The notes below the pieces were generated by a model, which saw nothing but the letters and a program-made list of their open reading frames with translations, made no database searches and had not been told where the DNA came from. The translations under genes were made by a program, and so were the position numbers. A DNA stretch of 64,000 nt from the NCBI GenBank assembly GCA_030295235.1, contig AP026134.1:1054001-1118000 (forward strand). The letters run 5' to 3'. Of this stretch, positions 46,135 to 57,762 are shown one piece after another; positions within the stretch are counted from its first letter, which is position 1; each line of letters begins with the position of its first letter. The stretch comes from Fistulifera solaris (Eukaryota).

Positions 46135-46821
46135 CAACACCGTTTTGGTCTTAATATAGAGCGAATGAAGTTGCGATTGTGACGGGCCGTTCTAATAATC
46201 ATGATGGTACTGATAGCACAAAATAAGCCACAGTGGAGCAACCTTTTTCTCATGACTGGATTATCGTGAGTCATCATGAAAAAGTACAATGGCTGGGATT
46301 TACTTCGTTACCTACCGGTAGGTACCGGTAGCGGTACGTCCCTAATACAACATGACAAGTTTCATTGTTTACGTCAATAATCCTTTAGATTAAGTCATTA
46401 CAGTAAGGTCTAACTAAGGTTAATCTCGCCTTTGGGTTTATTTCCCCATTAAGGTTAATGGATCCCATAGTCGTATTCTCTTGACGGTCGTCGGACGTAC
46501 GGTACCCTTTTACCGCTTTACTTGATCGTTTGTTACGTCCTTCCAATCGATGCAACATCTCGTTGTTGATGCTGTAATCACTGCTTTTGTAGCTCTGTAA
46601 TTATCAAGGTGTGTGCTTGAAATTGTGCTATCCTAAGTAAAACGATAAATTTACTGCGGTGCGGAGAGACTTGTTGGCCACCTTTCATAGTGCATTACGG
46701 ATTGTCTGGTTTGTCTCTTTGAAGAAACCGAGAAACAATTCTGTTACTTTGCCGAGATTTCCGACTCAACTGGTTTATTGTTTCTTTCTCTTCCCACAAC
46801 AGAATAAATCAAAAATTAAAA

Positions 46822-47189
46822 ATGGTCAAAGCATACGAACTTCGCAGTTCCAGCAAGGAGGAGCTTCTCAAAACCTTGACTGACCTCCGAAAGGAACTTT
46901 CTGAATTACAGGTTGCCAAAGTAACAGATGGAGCCGCCTCGAAAGTTGCCAAGATTAAGGGAGTCCGCAAATCGATTGCCCGAGTTTTGACTGTTCACAA
47001 TCAAATGCAAAAGAGGGTCTGCGCAAGGCCGCCGCTGGAGCCAAGTATTTGCCCAAAGATTTGCGTCTCAAGCAAACCCGTGCGAAGCGCCGCGCTTTGA
47101 CCAAGGCACAAAGAGCAAAGAAAACACACAAGCAATGCCGAAAGGCCGCCGCTTTCCCCAAAATCAAATTTGCCATCAAGGCTGAGTAA
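46822..47189 (+). CDS. RPL35: 60S ribosomal protein L35 (uL29); frameshift in the A-run at about 47010; probable 5'UTR intron 46609..46802
   Basis: VKAYELR...[21 protein letters not shown]. The shifted frame reads [19 protein letters not shown]...AFP..KFAIKAE*. Confidence 0.95.
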
Positions 47190-47883
47190 ATAAATAAACC
47201 ATTAGGCGCAGGTTTTGCCAGCAAGAATGCCGAGAAATTCGAATAATCCATTTTGTGTCCTGGAGGTCAATGAATACCAATATTTTTGAATCGAAGCGGT
47301 TTCTTTTCACGCGATGGAGCTTGTTGTAGTTTCATCGTTGATATTCATCTCGGCTGTTGGTTGCTTTGTTTCGTATGGACTAATTGTTTCATCGAACCAG
47401 CGACCCTTACCTATCGTAGAAGAATATACTCCGGAGAAGTTTCGATCAGCATAAGTTCAAAAAGCGCATGTGCCTTTCTTCGTCATTCGTGTCATGGTCC
47501 AAAGGATAGAGCCAAGGATAGAGTTTCGACGTTTGACTTTGTGGAAACCAACACACGATCTTTATGTCTAACGGATAGTGGCCCTTTCTTGTACAATAGC
47601 TTCGTATCTAATGGTTGCTTAGGGATTGTATGGTCAACGGAGATGACTTAAGCTACCTCTTTTTAATGCAATTAAGTCAATTTCTTGTTATTGTTTTTTT
47701 GTTGGGCAGCGACATCCTTAGCTCGTTGGGAAAGGGAAAAGTAGCGTCTGTCGTACGACGCGACAGAAACGGCATTATTTTCGCATTCAACGACAACAAT
47801 AGTCACAACAAACATATTCGATTTATTGCTTTTAGAAACAGTTGTTTTTCAGTTTATCGGGATATATTGATTACACGTAACCA

Positions 47884-49024
47884 ATGGTCACACCATCGTC
47901 TCGACGTACAACACGCGCGGCTCGTACATCTCTTTCGAGTCGAGGCCGCGTGCAGAAAAAAGCAAAAGAAAGTGACGGACAATACCCCCGCCAAAAGGTG
48001 GTTTCGAGTGCAGCGAGCTCCGTCCCAAGATTGCGGGTTTGTTGTATGGAAGTGGAAGCCCCTCGATGAATTGACGGAAGAAGAAAAGGACCGGTTCTTC
48101 CCGAAAGCAGAGAATGAAATCGTTGCAACTTCAGAGCAGAGCACAACCGCAATGCACGAATCGCTACAGGCGCAAACCTCTGGAAGCCATTCGGGGGTAC
48201 CCACTATATCTACCGATGGAAATACTCAGCGAATCGCATCACATAAAGTAACTGCACCCATATTGTCGACGAACTTTCAAACGAGCACCGATCTGCCGAC
48301 CAATGAACCTCCCATGAAGAGAGCGCGAATTGAGACAGACCCTGCCCCGCTGCAACAATCGTTATCGACTAACCTTGAAAGGTCGCATCAGCCACACACA
48401 TCCGACGAAGAGACACAACGCGCATCTCAGGCTAAGGATAAATCTTTGGATAAGGAACAGATGCCACCCGGCGAGAATGAAACAAGGATTCACGAAGAGG
48501 CACTCGACACATCCATGGATCTAGATACTGAATTCGAGCTGTCGTCTCTTCCAACAGATACTTCAGTAGAAACTGCTGCTCCTATAAAAGTTGAAACCAG
48601 TACGGTTGATGAGTCGGCAATCGCTTCTTTTGCTGGAGATCAGACTTCACCTGTTGAGGAGAAAGATACCAATGTCCCTATTTTGCAAACATCCGATGAA
48701 GCCCAAACAAACCTTGAACTGGAGTTGAGTAGCGAAACTGCAAAAAGTTACAGCGACTTGGTGCCAGAGGCTCAAGCTGGCTTGGCATCAGCAGACCTGC
48801 CGACGTCGTCGATTCCTAGCAACACGGACATGAGTGATCGGAACGAATCGGCAGTGCCTCCACAAACAGGAATGATGGACGCAACAGAAGACGAGACACA
48901 ATACGAAGAGGCTACGCGATCCGATATTGCAAAGCAGCAGAATGCTGAGAGTGAGGCAGCGGCGGCACTTAGTAGTCTCGCAGATATTTTCGCCAGCGAA
49001 CCGAACGCGCCCGAAACTAGTTGA
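47884..49024 (+). CDS. Hypothetical nuclear protein with BCL7-like N-terminus and long acidic disordered tail; frameshift at about 47966-47971
   Basis: MVTPSSRRTTRAAR...KRWFRV...FVVWKWKP followed by an S/T/E-rich tail. Confidence 0.5.
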
Positions 49025-49073
49025 TGCAAAGTGTACATAAGCTTCAAGACTTTGAATGATTACTAATTTCTAT

Positions 49074-50297
49074 TTAAACCTTGCTATAGTCTAGTTTAGA
49101 CTCCAATTTCTTCGTGTCCAAAATCTTTCTTGCAGCTTTCATAAAGTCTTCTTCCAAGACATAGTCGCGATCATTACGAATCGCAAAGAGCCCCGCCTCG
49201 GTACAAATATTGCGCATATCGGCTCCATTCAATCCATCTGCTAGTTTGACAACACTTTCGAAATCAATATCGCCTCGTTTCGTAATTGACGCGGCGTGAA
49301 TCTTAAGGATTTCTAAGCGTTGCGTTTCGTTAGGTTCAGGGATCTCAATCTTGCGATCTAAACGTCCCGGACGAAGCAACGCCGGATCCAAAATATCAGG
49401 TCTGTTTGTTGCCATAACCATCTTCACTTGACCGTGCGTCTCGAACCCATCCATCTGGTTCAACAACTCCATCAGCGTACGTTGGATCTCACGATCAGCA
49501 GAGGTACCTTCGCTAAATCGGCTACCACCAATAGCGTCAATCTCGTCCATGAAAATCACGCAGGGCTCGTGATCGCGTGCAAAGCCAAACATTTCACGAA
49601 TAACTCTCGCAGACTCTCCGATGTATTTGTCAACAATAGCAGACGCTACAACTTTCAAGAAAGTGGCGTTAATGTTCGATGCCAATGCCCGGGCCAGTAG
49701 AGTCTTTCCAGTCCCCGGAGGTCCGTACAAAAGCACACCTTTCGGAGGTTTGATACCCACTCGAATAAATAGCTCTGGGTTGGTCAGTGGTAACTCGATC
49801 ACCTCACGCAGTTCTCGGATTTGCTCACCCAGGCCACCGATATCCGAAAAGCTCACCGATCCCTCCGTTTCGCTCGTTTGCATGTGAAAGACCGTAGGAT
49901 CGACTTCGCGGGGTAGAACTCGCATGATCGTCAATGTCGTCATATCCAAAGCTACTCTCGTTCCCGGTTTTAGATTGTCATGATTCAATCGGGCTCGGCA
50001 ACCGACAACATATCGAGGGCCGGAACTTGCCTTTACAATGAAGCGCTCTGAGTCAAGGCGCTTCAACACGTCACCAATGATCTGACCCACCGACTGCAAA
50101 GCGGATAAATCATCTTCCGTCTTTTGAAAGCGCTTTTGCAAGCCCTTGACGTCTTCTCGCATGCGTTTGAGGCGCGCTTCGACCTCTCGATGTTCTCGGA
50201 TCTTGGCGCGATATTGCTCAAGTACTTGCTCGCGTTCCGACCGCTCTTGCTGCTGCAGAGCCGGTGCGGTGCTGCCACTTTCTGGTTGATCACTCAT
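49074..50297 (-). CDS. RPT4: 26S proteasome AAA-ATPase subunit RPT4
   Basis: Motifs [55 protein letters not shown] and [15 protein letters not shown] at 50297. Confidence 0.97.
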   Translation of the reverse strand: MSDQPESGSTAPALQQQERSEREQVLEQYRAKIREHREVEARLKRMREDVKGLQKRFQKTEDDLSALQSVGQIIGDVLKRLDSERFIVKASSGPRYVVGCRARLNHDNLKPGTRVALDMTTLTIMRVLPREVDPTVFHMQTSETEGSVSFSDIGGLGEQIRELREVIELPLTNPELFIRVGIKPPKGVLLYGPPGTGKTLLARALASNINATFLKVVASAIVDKYIGESARVIREMFGFARDHEPCVIFMDEIDAIGGSRFSEGTSADREIQRTLMELLNQMDGFETHGQVKMVMATNRPDILDPALLRPGRLDRKIEIPEPNETQRLEILKIHAASITKRGDIDFESVVKLADGLNGADMRNICTEAGLFAIRNDRDYVLEEDFMKAARKILDTKKLESKLDYSKV

Positions 50298-50924
50298 TGA
50301 TTGTTGTAATGGGAAGAAAAGTAGAATGCATAAGCAAAAGACTTGAAAGCATTGATTCAATCTCAACGCTGAGAGGCGACTTTGTCGTCTTTGTTCGGAA
50401 CGTCTCGGCGAGCTTCCTGACGGATGGTGGGACAAACCATTGGAAAACGCACAGAAAGTCCATATACCAGACAACCTATGCGACACGTTTCTGAAGCAAT
50501 CACGAGTGATACTATTGAGACTTTCGGTTACTTCCGCCGATGTTAAACAGCATCGAAAAGATCCTAAGCTGTTCACCGTTAAAGCAAAAACGATAATGTT
50601 GATAACTGTTGATAACTCTACGAATATGATAAAACCAATGCAAACACGCAAATACGAATTTGAGTTTCGCTGCCATTGGCCCATTCTCCCTTTTGATGAA
50701 ATTGGTTCAGACAGTCCGAGCGCTCACTTTCGAGTAAAGAAAGCAAGTCTCAACACTTTGGTAAGAGTCGAAGTTTGAGTCCCCTTACCCGAAAGTTAGC
50801 ACGCGCACCGGCTGAACCAATTTCATCAACAAGGAGAATCGACTAGCTCCAAGCAGCTTCAAGGACACATCTAGCGACGCACTATTCCATCTGAACAGAA
50901 CATGAGAAATAATTTTTGATACAG

Positions 50925-51497
50925 TTAAGAGATGAGTTTGCTGGCCGTACCTTTGATTTTGCTTGCCACTTTCGTCTTGGTCGCAACTTTGTCCTTGTTA
51001 TATTTCGTTCCTATTTTTGAGGCGTTCTTCTTTCGTGGCTTGCACGAACAGGGATGCGTTTCGTGTAGTGAAACGCTTGCCATGAGAAAGGCGTTCAGAG
51101 AGGAACCGTCACACTTCTCTTTTGGAAGATGTAGCGGGGAAGGGATCGTTGAGAACAGTAAAGGGAGAGGGATCTTTCCCTTGCAATGGCGACAAGTTTT
51201 GAAAGGATGCTCTTCATGAGGTTTTACAGGTAATGCACAAACGTCTTCAACATGGGCCGACCCGTTCAAGTCAGTGCCTTCACTCATACTTGAGGAATCT
51301 TCCGACACGCTGCATCGATCAGGGCATTCATCTTGCATAATCTCCGGCAAACTGATACCGTACATCTCTTCATCCAACATCGACTCGACCAAAATGGACA
51401 TCTCGTCGTCGTTTAAGGGCTGCTCGGCTTCAAGAAAGAACAGCTCTTCCTGCACAGTGTTGTAAACAATCATGTTAATTTGTTCCCTTGTGCTCAT
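50925..51497 (-). CDS. Hypothetical protein (acidic N-terminus, Cys/His-containing middle, Lys-rich tail)
   Basis: 190-aa ATG ORF occupying a gene-sized gap. No family recognised. Confidence 0.5.
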   Translation of the reverse strand: MSTREQINMIVYNTVQEELFFLEAEQPLNDDEMSILVESMLDEEMYGISLPEIMQDECPDRCSVSEDSSSMSEGTDLNGSAHVEDVCALPVKPHEEHPFKTCRHCKGKIPLPLLFSTIPSPLHLPKEKCDGSSLNAFLMASVSLHETHPCSCKPRKKNASKIGTKYNKDKVATKTKVASKIKGTASKLIS

Positions 51498-52121
51498 CGT
51501 TTTGATTTCGCCTTGGCCGATTGCTAAACGTTCGTCTTGAAGAAATGACGAAGGATTTGTTCATCGATCTGCGGCTTCCCCGCGAAAGGTTTTGAGGAAG
51601 TCATGCGATTGCTTCTCATGAAAGTCTCACGCAATCGATGCCGTCACCTACATTTTTCGTGAAGGTGCAGCGTGTGATGTTTCTGTTTTGTTGTTTTGTT
51701 GAGAACTTTAGTTCGGCCGGCGAACACGAACCGCAACTACGGTACGCTTGTCTCAACACTTTCGCGATGGCGCCGATCGATTGAATAACGTTTATTGCTG
51801 CCATACAAGTAGCTTATATCTTTCGTAATTGATTCATTATCTTTTCATTGTTTTAAGACCGTTTGCCTGCAGCAAGATCCGCCGTGCTGCTTTGCGTCCC
51901 CGCCCACAGGTTAGCCGCAGTGAGCACGCGAGAGCAAGCGGACGAGTTTTGTCGTCGAGTTCGTGAATGACCCATTTTCAGGTCTGTCACTCGTCGTCAC
52001 TTTTTCTTCCTTTCCTAACAAACAAAATTGCGTTGTAAATTACATGGGGCTCCTTTATATGATTGCCTTCTTTGCGTTTGTTATTGACAGCCCTCGCACA
52101 AATAGATTGATCGCACGCCAA

Positions 52122-52971
52122 ATGACCGCACACTCAGAATTTCACAAACTCGTTTCTCCAGCGACAACGACGGCACGCAAAGGAAAGGTGTTGATGATAC
52201 ACGGATGGGCTCAGAATGCATTCGTCTTTCGACAAAAGACTAAAGGCTTAACCAAGTACGTATTCCTATTTGACGTGATCAGCCTTCTCGTTAAGCTCAT
52301 ATCCAACTCTCACTCGTACACAACTTGTGAAAGCAAACTCAACAAAGCCGGATACGACTGTGTCTTCCTCGAGGGTCCTCATCTTTGCCCCTCACTAGTA
52401 TGGTTCAAATTGAAGGTGTTGATGTTCAAGTGGAGAATGGGAAACGCGAAAATGCCCGTGCCTGGTTCCTTTTGTCGGAGACGGATCCGGCGGATGCCAG
52501 TGAAAGCCAGTCCGGTCGTCCTTTGACCTATTTTGGTTTAAATGAAGCGTTGGATAGAGTGCAACATGAATTAGAACAGGAAGAATCGTCTGTAGCTCTC
52601 ATGGGATTTTCACAAGGAGGAGTTTTTGCACACATTCTGTCTCGGTTGGCCGATGCAGGACATCCACCTTTAAAAAGATACGGGCAGCGATACTAGCCAG
52701 TGCTTTTGCGGCTCAGCACGTGGACACCTCTCCGTCGCGTCCTTACGGTCATATTATCGGAAAAATGCCAGATCGAGAAACGATTTCGCTTCCTTCGCTT
52801 CATATCATAGGAAAGAACGATACCAGTGTCCGACCGACGCTCAGTGAAGACTTGAGTGTCCTATTCAACGACCGGCAGTTTTTGTACCACGAGAAAGGAC
52901 ACATCTTACCGCAAACGAGCGCAGCATGCCAGGAAATGATCGGATTTCTAGATCAGGTGTTGGTTTCCTAA
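52122..52971 (+). CDS. FSH1/OVCA2 serine hydrolase; intron 52256..52333; frameshifts at about 52384 and 52670
   Basis: Motifs LMIHGWAQN, nucleophile GFSQG, PSLHIIGKND and HEKGH. Confidence 0.85.
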
Positions 52972-53036
52972 TTTTGGAGTCTGAGTATCCGGATGGGTAG
53001 ATGAGACTATTTACATTTTGTTCTAAGTGTTCCCCG

Positions 53037-54299
53037 TTAGACAAGGCCAAATATGTGCTCTAATTGATATCCAGCATAAAGCACGGGCCACATAGCTATC
53101 AGTGGCCAGGCAGAAGATAAGGCACATTTGGTGAGCTGAAAAGCATGCTTCGGCTCCAGATCCTTTCGTCGCAACTCTTGTGCAAAGGTCAATTCAATTT
53201 CTAGAGGCGGGCTCAAAGTCCTCGAATCTTTGACCTCGACCATGAGCAGATCAGGCTCTACTTTCAATTTCGCATTCTTGTCTTCGTTCGCCACTTTTGA
53301 CAAAATTGTAACCCATACTACTTCCATAGCATCCACCCACAGCAGTTTTAGGTCGAGAGGCACCGCGTGGGAAAAAGAAATTGTATGCACAAACGGCCAG
53401 AATCTCCAAGCCGAGCGTAATGCCGGCCACGAAGTGGTCTTGACATCTTCCCATACCTTCTGAGGATGACGCATCGCCAGTGTCCCAATAATGAAGCTGT
53501 AGGCCGCATTCAAGAAGACCGCCCAAACGGTTAAATCTGCTGTAACTTTAATTCCGGTGGCCCACCAAGCTCCGTTAAAGTCCAGATGCGCCTCCATGAA
53601 GTTCAGCCAGTGGTGACACAGAGGACCATGTCCAATAAAACCAGCAGCACCCGAACGAAAGGAGCGTGGTAAGTCGAAATTACTGAGCGTCCGTCCTTGA
53701 TAAATTTGCGAGATGAAATCACCCAAAGCGTACGCTACTCCGGAAGTGCATGCCTTGTATAAGATTGGATTGGTCAGTACTAATGCTTCGTACGAGTGTA
53801 TGAGATCTAAAGGCAATCTGGCAAGAAGATCGATCGCCACTCCCACTTTGGTCATGTCTTCCGTCATTTCGCCGAGTCCGTAAGTCCAGAGAGCAACCAG
53901 TGCTTCAACTTGCACGTGAAAAAGCTGATACACGATGGAAAGAAAAATAGACCCAAGTATAGCGCCATTGACCCAAACTATATTATCGATACGCTTGGTC
54001 CGTTCAAGTTGAAGTTCTGCTTTTGTTTTCTTGGGCGAGGACGAATACATTGCAATACCACGTTGAAACTGAGGGGCACTGTGAGTGTCGCCTTTGGGGG
54101 CAGTGCGATGCCATCCATACCGTCTCGCGCTTCGACATGCAGCCCTTTGATGATAGGACGTTTGAAAACAGGCAGTAATAACAAAACTACAAAGCAGAGC
54201 CAAAATTGCAGATTGCACGCGAAGAAGCTTCATCTTCAAGTGCTTTGGGCTGCACGTAAGCTGTGCGAATGCCTTCCGGACAGGCAAATGAAATGCCAA
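53037..54299 (-). CDS. Mpv17/PMP22 family membrane protein
   Basis: Motifs PILYKACTSG..ALGDFISQ, GPLCHHW, ADLTVW and WRFWPFVH. Confidence 0.88.
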   Translation of the reverse strand: MAFHLPVRKAFAQLTCSPKHLKMKLLRVQSAILALLCSFVITACFQTSYHQRAACRSARRYGWHRTAPKGDTHSAPQFQRGIAMYSSSPKKTKAELQLERTKRIDNIVWVNGAILGSIFLSIVYQLFHVQVEALVALWTYGLGEMTEDMTKVGVAIDLLARLPLDLIHSYEALVLTNPILYKACTSGVAYALGDFISQIYQGRTLSNFDLPRSFRSGAAGFIGHGPLCHHWLNFMEAHLDFNGAWWATGIKVTADLTVWAVFLNAAYSFIIGTLAMRHPQKVWEDVKTTSWPALRSAWRFWPFVHTISFSHAVPLDLKLLWVDAMEVVWVTILSKVANEDKNAKLKVEPDLLMVEVKDSRTLSPPLEIELTFAQELRRKDLEPKHAFQLTKCALSSAWPLIAMWPVLYAGYQLEHIFGLV

Positions 54300-54630
54300 A
54301 GCAAAATCAATATTTTCTTTTAATAAGATGGGATATATTGCCGATGATGAGCGATTCTTCGCTCGAGGAAAAGGTACTCAAAAACAATTTCGAATGGCGT
54401 AAAGAAGAATTCCATTACACGTCGAGAATTTTTTCCAGAAAAAGTGAGGGCGCTCTATGACTTTGTCATTTTCTACTCTATACTAATCTGTAGAGTTGTG
54501 CCGAACCGACATAGCGATTGATGTGTAACACGAGACATCCGTGAATGACATTTTGTTTTGTGATGGGGTGCTGTTTTCATAGATTGTAGACCTACATTGT
54601 TATGTTTCAGAGAATATTAATGCTCAAGTC

Positions 54631-56094
54631 ATGACCACATCCTCCGGAGAGATCATCATTCGCGAATACAGCGAACCCCCACGCTCAAAACGTGCGCAGT
54701 ATCGCCAATTCGCTCTGGTTGACAACCAGATTCTTTCGCGCGACGAGGACACTTCGTTTCATTTGCGTTCTACCGTTATCACGTCGATCTTGTCGTTATC
54801 GCGGTCACTCCAAGATGTTTTTCTACCGGTTGGTTTCCCGCAAACGGTGGGTCCTGGCTACAGGGAGTATCAAATGTACGATAGTCTTCAAGGGATTTGC
54901 AGTTATCTGCGAGGCGTTGTGAGTTCTGCCCATGTTCTACACGCGGCGGGTGTAGGCAACCGAGAAGCTACTGCTTGGAGTGCTGCCTTGACGTGGGCTC
55001 TCAAAGATGGTATAGGAATGATGGGCGGTTTGGTCTTCTCGTCTTGGGCGGCACCTCTTTTCGACTCGTACGTGAAAGAGTTTCGATTGTTTGCGGACCT
55101 CATTAACAATCTTGGTCTCACACTCGATATGCTGTCACCACTGGTTCCCTCCCACCTATTTCTGTGGGTAGCCGCTGCTTCTACTTTGTGTAAGACCATG
55201 TGCGGAATGTCAGCCGGTGCTACCAAGGGAAGTATTACGCAACACTTTGCTGTGGCGGGGAATTTGGCCGACTTACTTGCTAAGGAAGGAACTCAGGAGA
55301 CACTCGTGTCGCTGATTGGGATGACGTTCGGTATTGCGTTGGCTAGATATTTTCAAAATCTGGAGGAAGCAGTGAATACTGATCCGGAATCGGCTGAATC
55401 AGCGTGGAAGATACAATGGATTGTTTTTGGGATGTTGACATGTCTGCATGTATGGGCCAATTATCGGGCTGTTAAAAGACTAAGACTGCGGTCATTGAAT
55501 CGACAACGCGCCGAGCGTGTAATGAGACCTCTTGTCGAGCGGTTGTGTAACGATCAACCGGTCCCAGAAAAACGAATATCCATCATGAAAATACTGGATC
55601 TGATCGTCGGGCCACAGGATTTGCAAGAATCACTTGCAGTATTCACCTATCACATGCTTTGGCCCTCCCGATGGAGCAGACTGATACTTGGATGTCCTTT
55701 GACGCAGCTAGTTACTAGTGACATTGGGACGGGTCAAGCGAAAGACGTTCTAAATTTATTTCGAGACAGTGATTACGTGCTGTGGCCATCACGGAATGGT
55801 CAAATTTTAGTGACTCTTCTTGCCCGAGCGGACAATGAAACAGAGCTCAGAGCCTTTTTTCACGCATTACTGATTCAAGAACTAGTATCGGTGCGTACAA
55901 CTAGTGGGGATACGGTTTTTGATATTGTAACACGCACGTACATGTGGGTTCAATGGTTCTTTGACAATAAAGACGGCGAGAGCGAGATTACCTTGTACAG
56001 TAGGCTAAAAGAAAAAGGATGGGATATCCAGGAGCGCGTTTATATCGGCTTCACAAAATCTCGATCTTCGTGGATAAACACAAAATCCGAGTAA
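54631..56094 (+). CDS. RUS1 / DUF647 (root UV-B sensitive) family protein
   Basis: Motifs FLPVGFPQTV..Y..YQ.YDSLQ, WALKDGIG, FRLFAD, HFA..GNLADL.AKEGTQET and SLNRQR. Confidence 0.9.
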   Translation: MTTSSGEIIIREYSEPPRSKRAQYRQFALVDNQILSRDEDTSFHLRSTVITSILSLSRSLQDVFLPVGFPQTVGPGYREYQMYDSLQGICSYLRGVVSSAHVLHAAGVGNREATAWSAALTWALKDGIGMMGGLVFSSWAAPLFDSYVKEFRLFADLINNLGLTLDMLSPLVPSHLFLWVAAASTLCKTMCGMSAGATKGSITQHFAVAGNLADLLAKEGTQETLVSLIGMTFGIALARYFQNLEEAVNTDPESAESAWKIQWIVFGMLTCLHVWANYRAVKRLRLRSLNRQRAERVMRPLVERLCNDQPVPEKRISIMKILDLIVGPQDLQESLAVFTYHMLWPSRWSRLILGCPLTQLVTSDIGTGQAKDVLNLFRDSDYVLWPSRNGQILVTLLARADNETELRAFFHALLIQELVSVRTTSGDTVFDIVTRTYMWVQWFFDNKDGESEITLYSRLKEKGWDIQERVYIGFTKSRSSWINTKSE

Positions 56095-56460
56095 TAGCAA
56101 TCGTTTTGAAGTTAGTTGAGACTTAGCCCGTCTTACAAATACAGACTTATCTGTATTAAACAAGACTAATATTCCGTTTTAGTCGCTGCAGATTAAAGAC
56201 CATACTTTTTGATAAAGATCCGAGAATCTTGAATACATTTCATGGGACTGCGAGTTTGTTCATTCCCGAGGAAGACAAGTTCATAAAATTCCAGTGACCT
56301 TACTGGTACGTAGTACGTAGCATAGTAAGGTTAGAGTTTTTGCCCGCGCCCGTTGATGATTTAAGTGTTCATGTCAAAAATTCCTGGAACTGTTTTGTTG
56401 TGACATCTGACATCTTCAACAAATATTGTAAGTGATCTTCAATCATAGGTCTCAATAGGA

Positions 56461-57666
56461 ATGACGGAAAAGAGTAACAGAAGCAATATGAAGCACTCCG
56501 CAGATATTACAAAAATCGAAGCGCGAAAACGCCGGCGTCAGTTTTGCCTCGTCGACATATTTAGGTCAATTTTGGAGATTCCTTATAATTGTTCCTTAAC
56601 GCCTCATCAAGGAGGTTTCGGCAGCGTAAATGGCAACTTCACTTTTCGTCTTACTCATCAGGAAAGTGGCTATGCCGCTAGAATTCTCGGAGAAGAAAAG
56701 ATTCTTATTTTTCGGTCCGATCGTCCTGGGGCGATCGCCAAGATCGTCTTCTCGTCCCTTCTACCGTCTAGCTCCAGCGACGCCGAGGATACAATTGAGG
56801 CCAAGATAAGCTGCCTACATGTGAAAGCACAATATCGAGGATACGATCTTGGTGGATTGCTTTTTCGCAAGGCCATAGCAACAATACAATCTCGGCATGG
56901 GAAGAAATACGTATCCAGCGAAGACGAGAGTGTCACCCGTCATGAAACATCCTTACGAAGCACCAAGTACCCAGCAATTATCAAGTGCTACATCGACGCG
57001 GAGGAAGATGATGACCGCCACAATAAACTCGTCCGATTTTACGAGAGACTGGGCTGCTTTGTGAAACCGGGGGCGAGGATTCAGTATCTCAGTGGGTCCG
57101 ATGGTCGAACGTACCGGAAGGTCCCAATGCAAATAGACCTCAAAGCGCAAAGCTGTATGAGAGATACATTTTCAGATCACTCTCTGATGTCCACTTTTCT
57201 TCCTGTTCTTCTTTGCTTCAATGAGAGGCGGCTTGTCTCCGTAAAGACGACGAGAGACCCTGTGCGATGGTTGTTATCACAGAATGGCAAAGGTGATACT
57301 CAGCTCATTACTACGTCCGGTTTCTATTTGGTTTCTCGAAAGGACGTTCATTGCAGTGAAGGACTATCGCTGGAGAAGAGTGATCATATCGTCGAAATGC
57401 AATCGATGCTCGCGTTCGAATGCGACACACTACGATATTTTGCTTCGCAATCTGATGATTGGACGATACGATTCGTATCAACAGGAATGTATCTCTCCGT
57501 GGACCTGGCTGGTGGCAACTTAATCTGCTCGAAGGATCCCTCTTACTGGCGCGCAGATAAACAGGAATTGAGTCTTACTTGGATGGGTAATTGCTATCAT
57601 GAAACGGGGCTCGTCGATTCAGATTCCGACCATCACGGGTCCACATCGGGAGTATCTACGGTATAA
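56461..57666 (+). CDS. GNAT-fold protein with C-terminal beta-trefoil/fascin-like region
   Basis: Motifs LHVKAQYRGYDLGGLLF and KLVRFYERLG, plus trefoil-like TTSGFYL and STGMYLSV. Confidence 0.65.
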   Translation: MTEKSNRSNMKHSADITKIEARKRRRQFCLVDIFRSILEIPYNCSLTPHQGGFGSVNGNFTFRLTHQESGYAARILGEEKILIFRSDRPGAIAKIVFSSLLPSSSSDAEDTIEAKISCLHVKAQYRGYDLGGLLFRKAIATIQSRHGKKYVSSEDESVTRHETSLRSTKYPAIIKCYIDAEEDDDRHNKLVRFYERLGCFVKPGARIQYLSGSDGRTYRKVPMQIDLKAQSCMRDTFSDHSLMSTFLPVLLCFNERRLVSVKTTRDPVRWLLSQNGKGDTQLITTSGFYLVSRKDVHCSEGLSLEKSDHIVEMQSMLAFECDTLRYFASQSDDWTIRFVSTGMYLSVDLAGGNLICSKDPSYWRADKQELSLTWMGNCYHETGLVDSDSDHHGSTSGVSTV

Positions 57667-57762
57667 AAGCCTCATTACAATAATTGCAACTTGCAAAACA
57701 TTACTGTGTTTGCTACATGTCCTTTATTCTTGCATAACATAAGAACAGTAGCGCGTGTCTAT

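Noticed and set aside
47615..47883. Hydrophobic N-terminus of the 469-aa ORF
   Set aside because: It has a non-ATG start in AT-rich promoter-like DNA. ATG 47884 plus an A-run shift gives a better model.
50298..50684. 129-aa N-terminal extension of RPT4
   Set aside because: RPT4 similarity begins near MSDQPES (ATG 50297). The upstream part looks like open UTR/promoter sequence.
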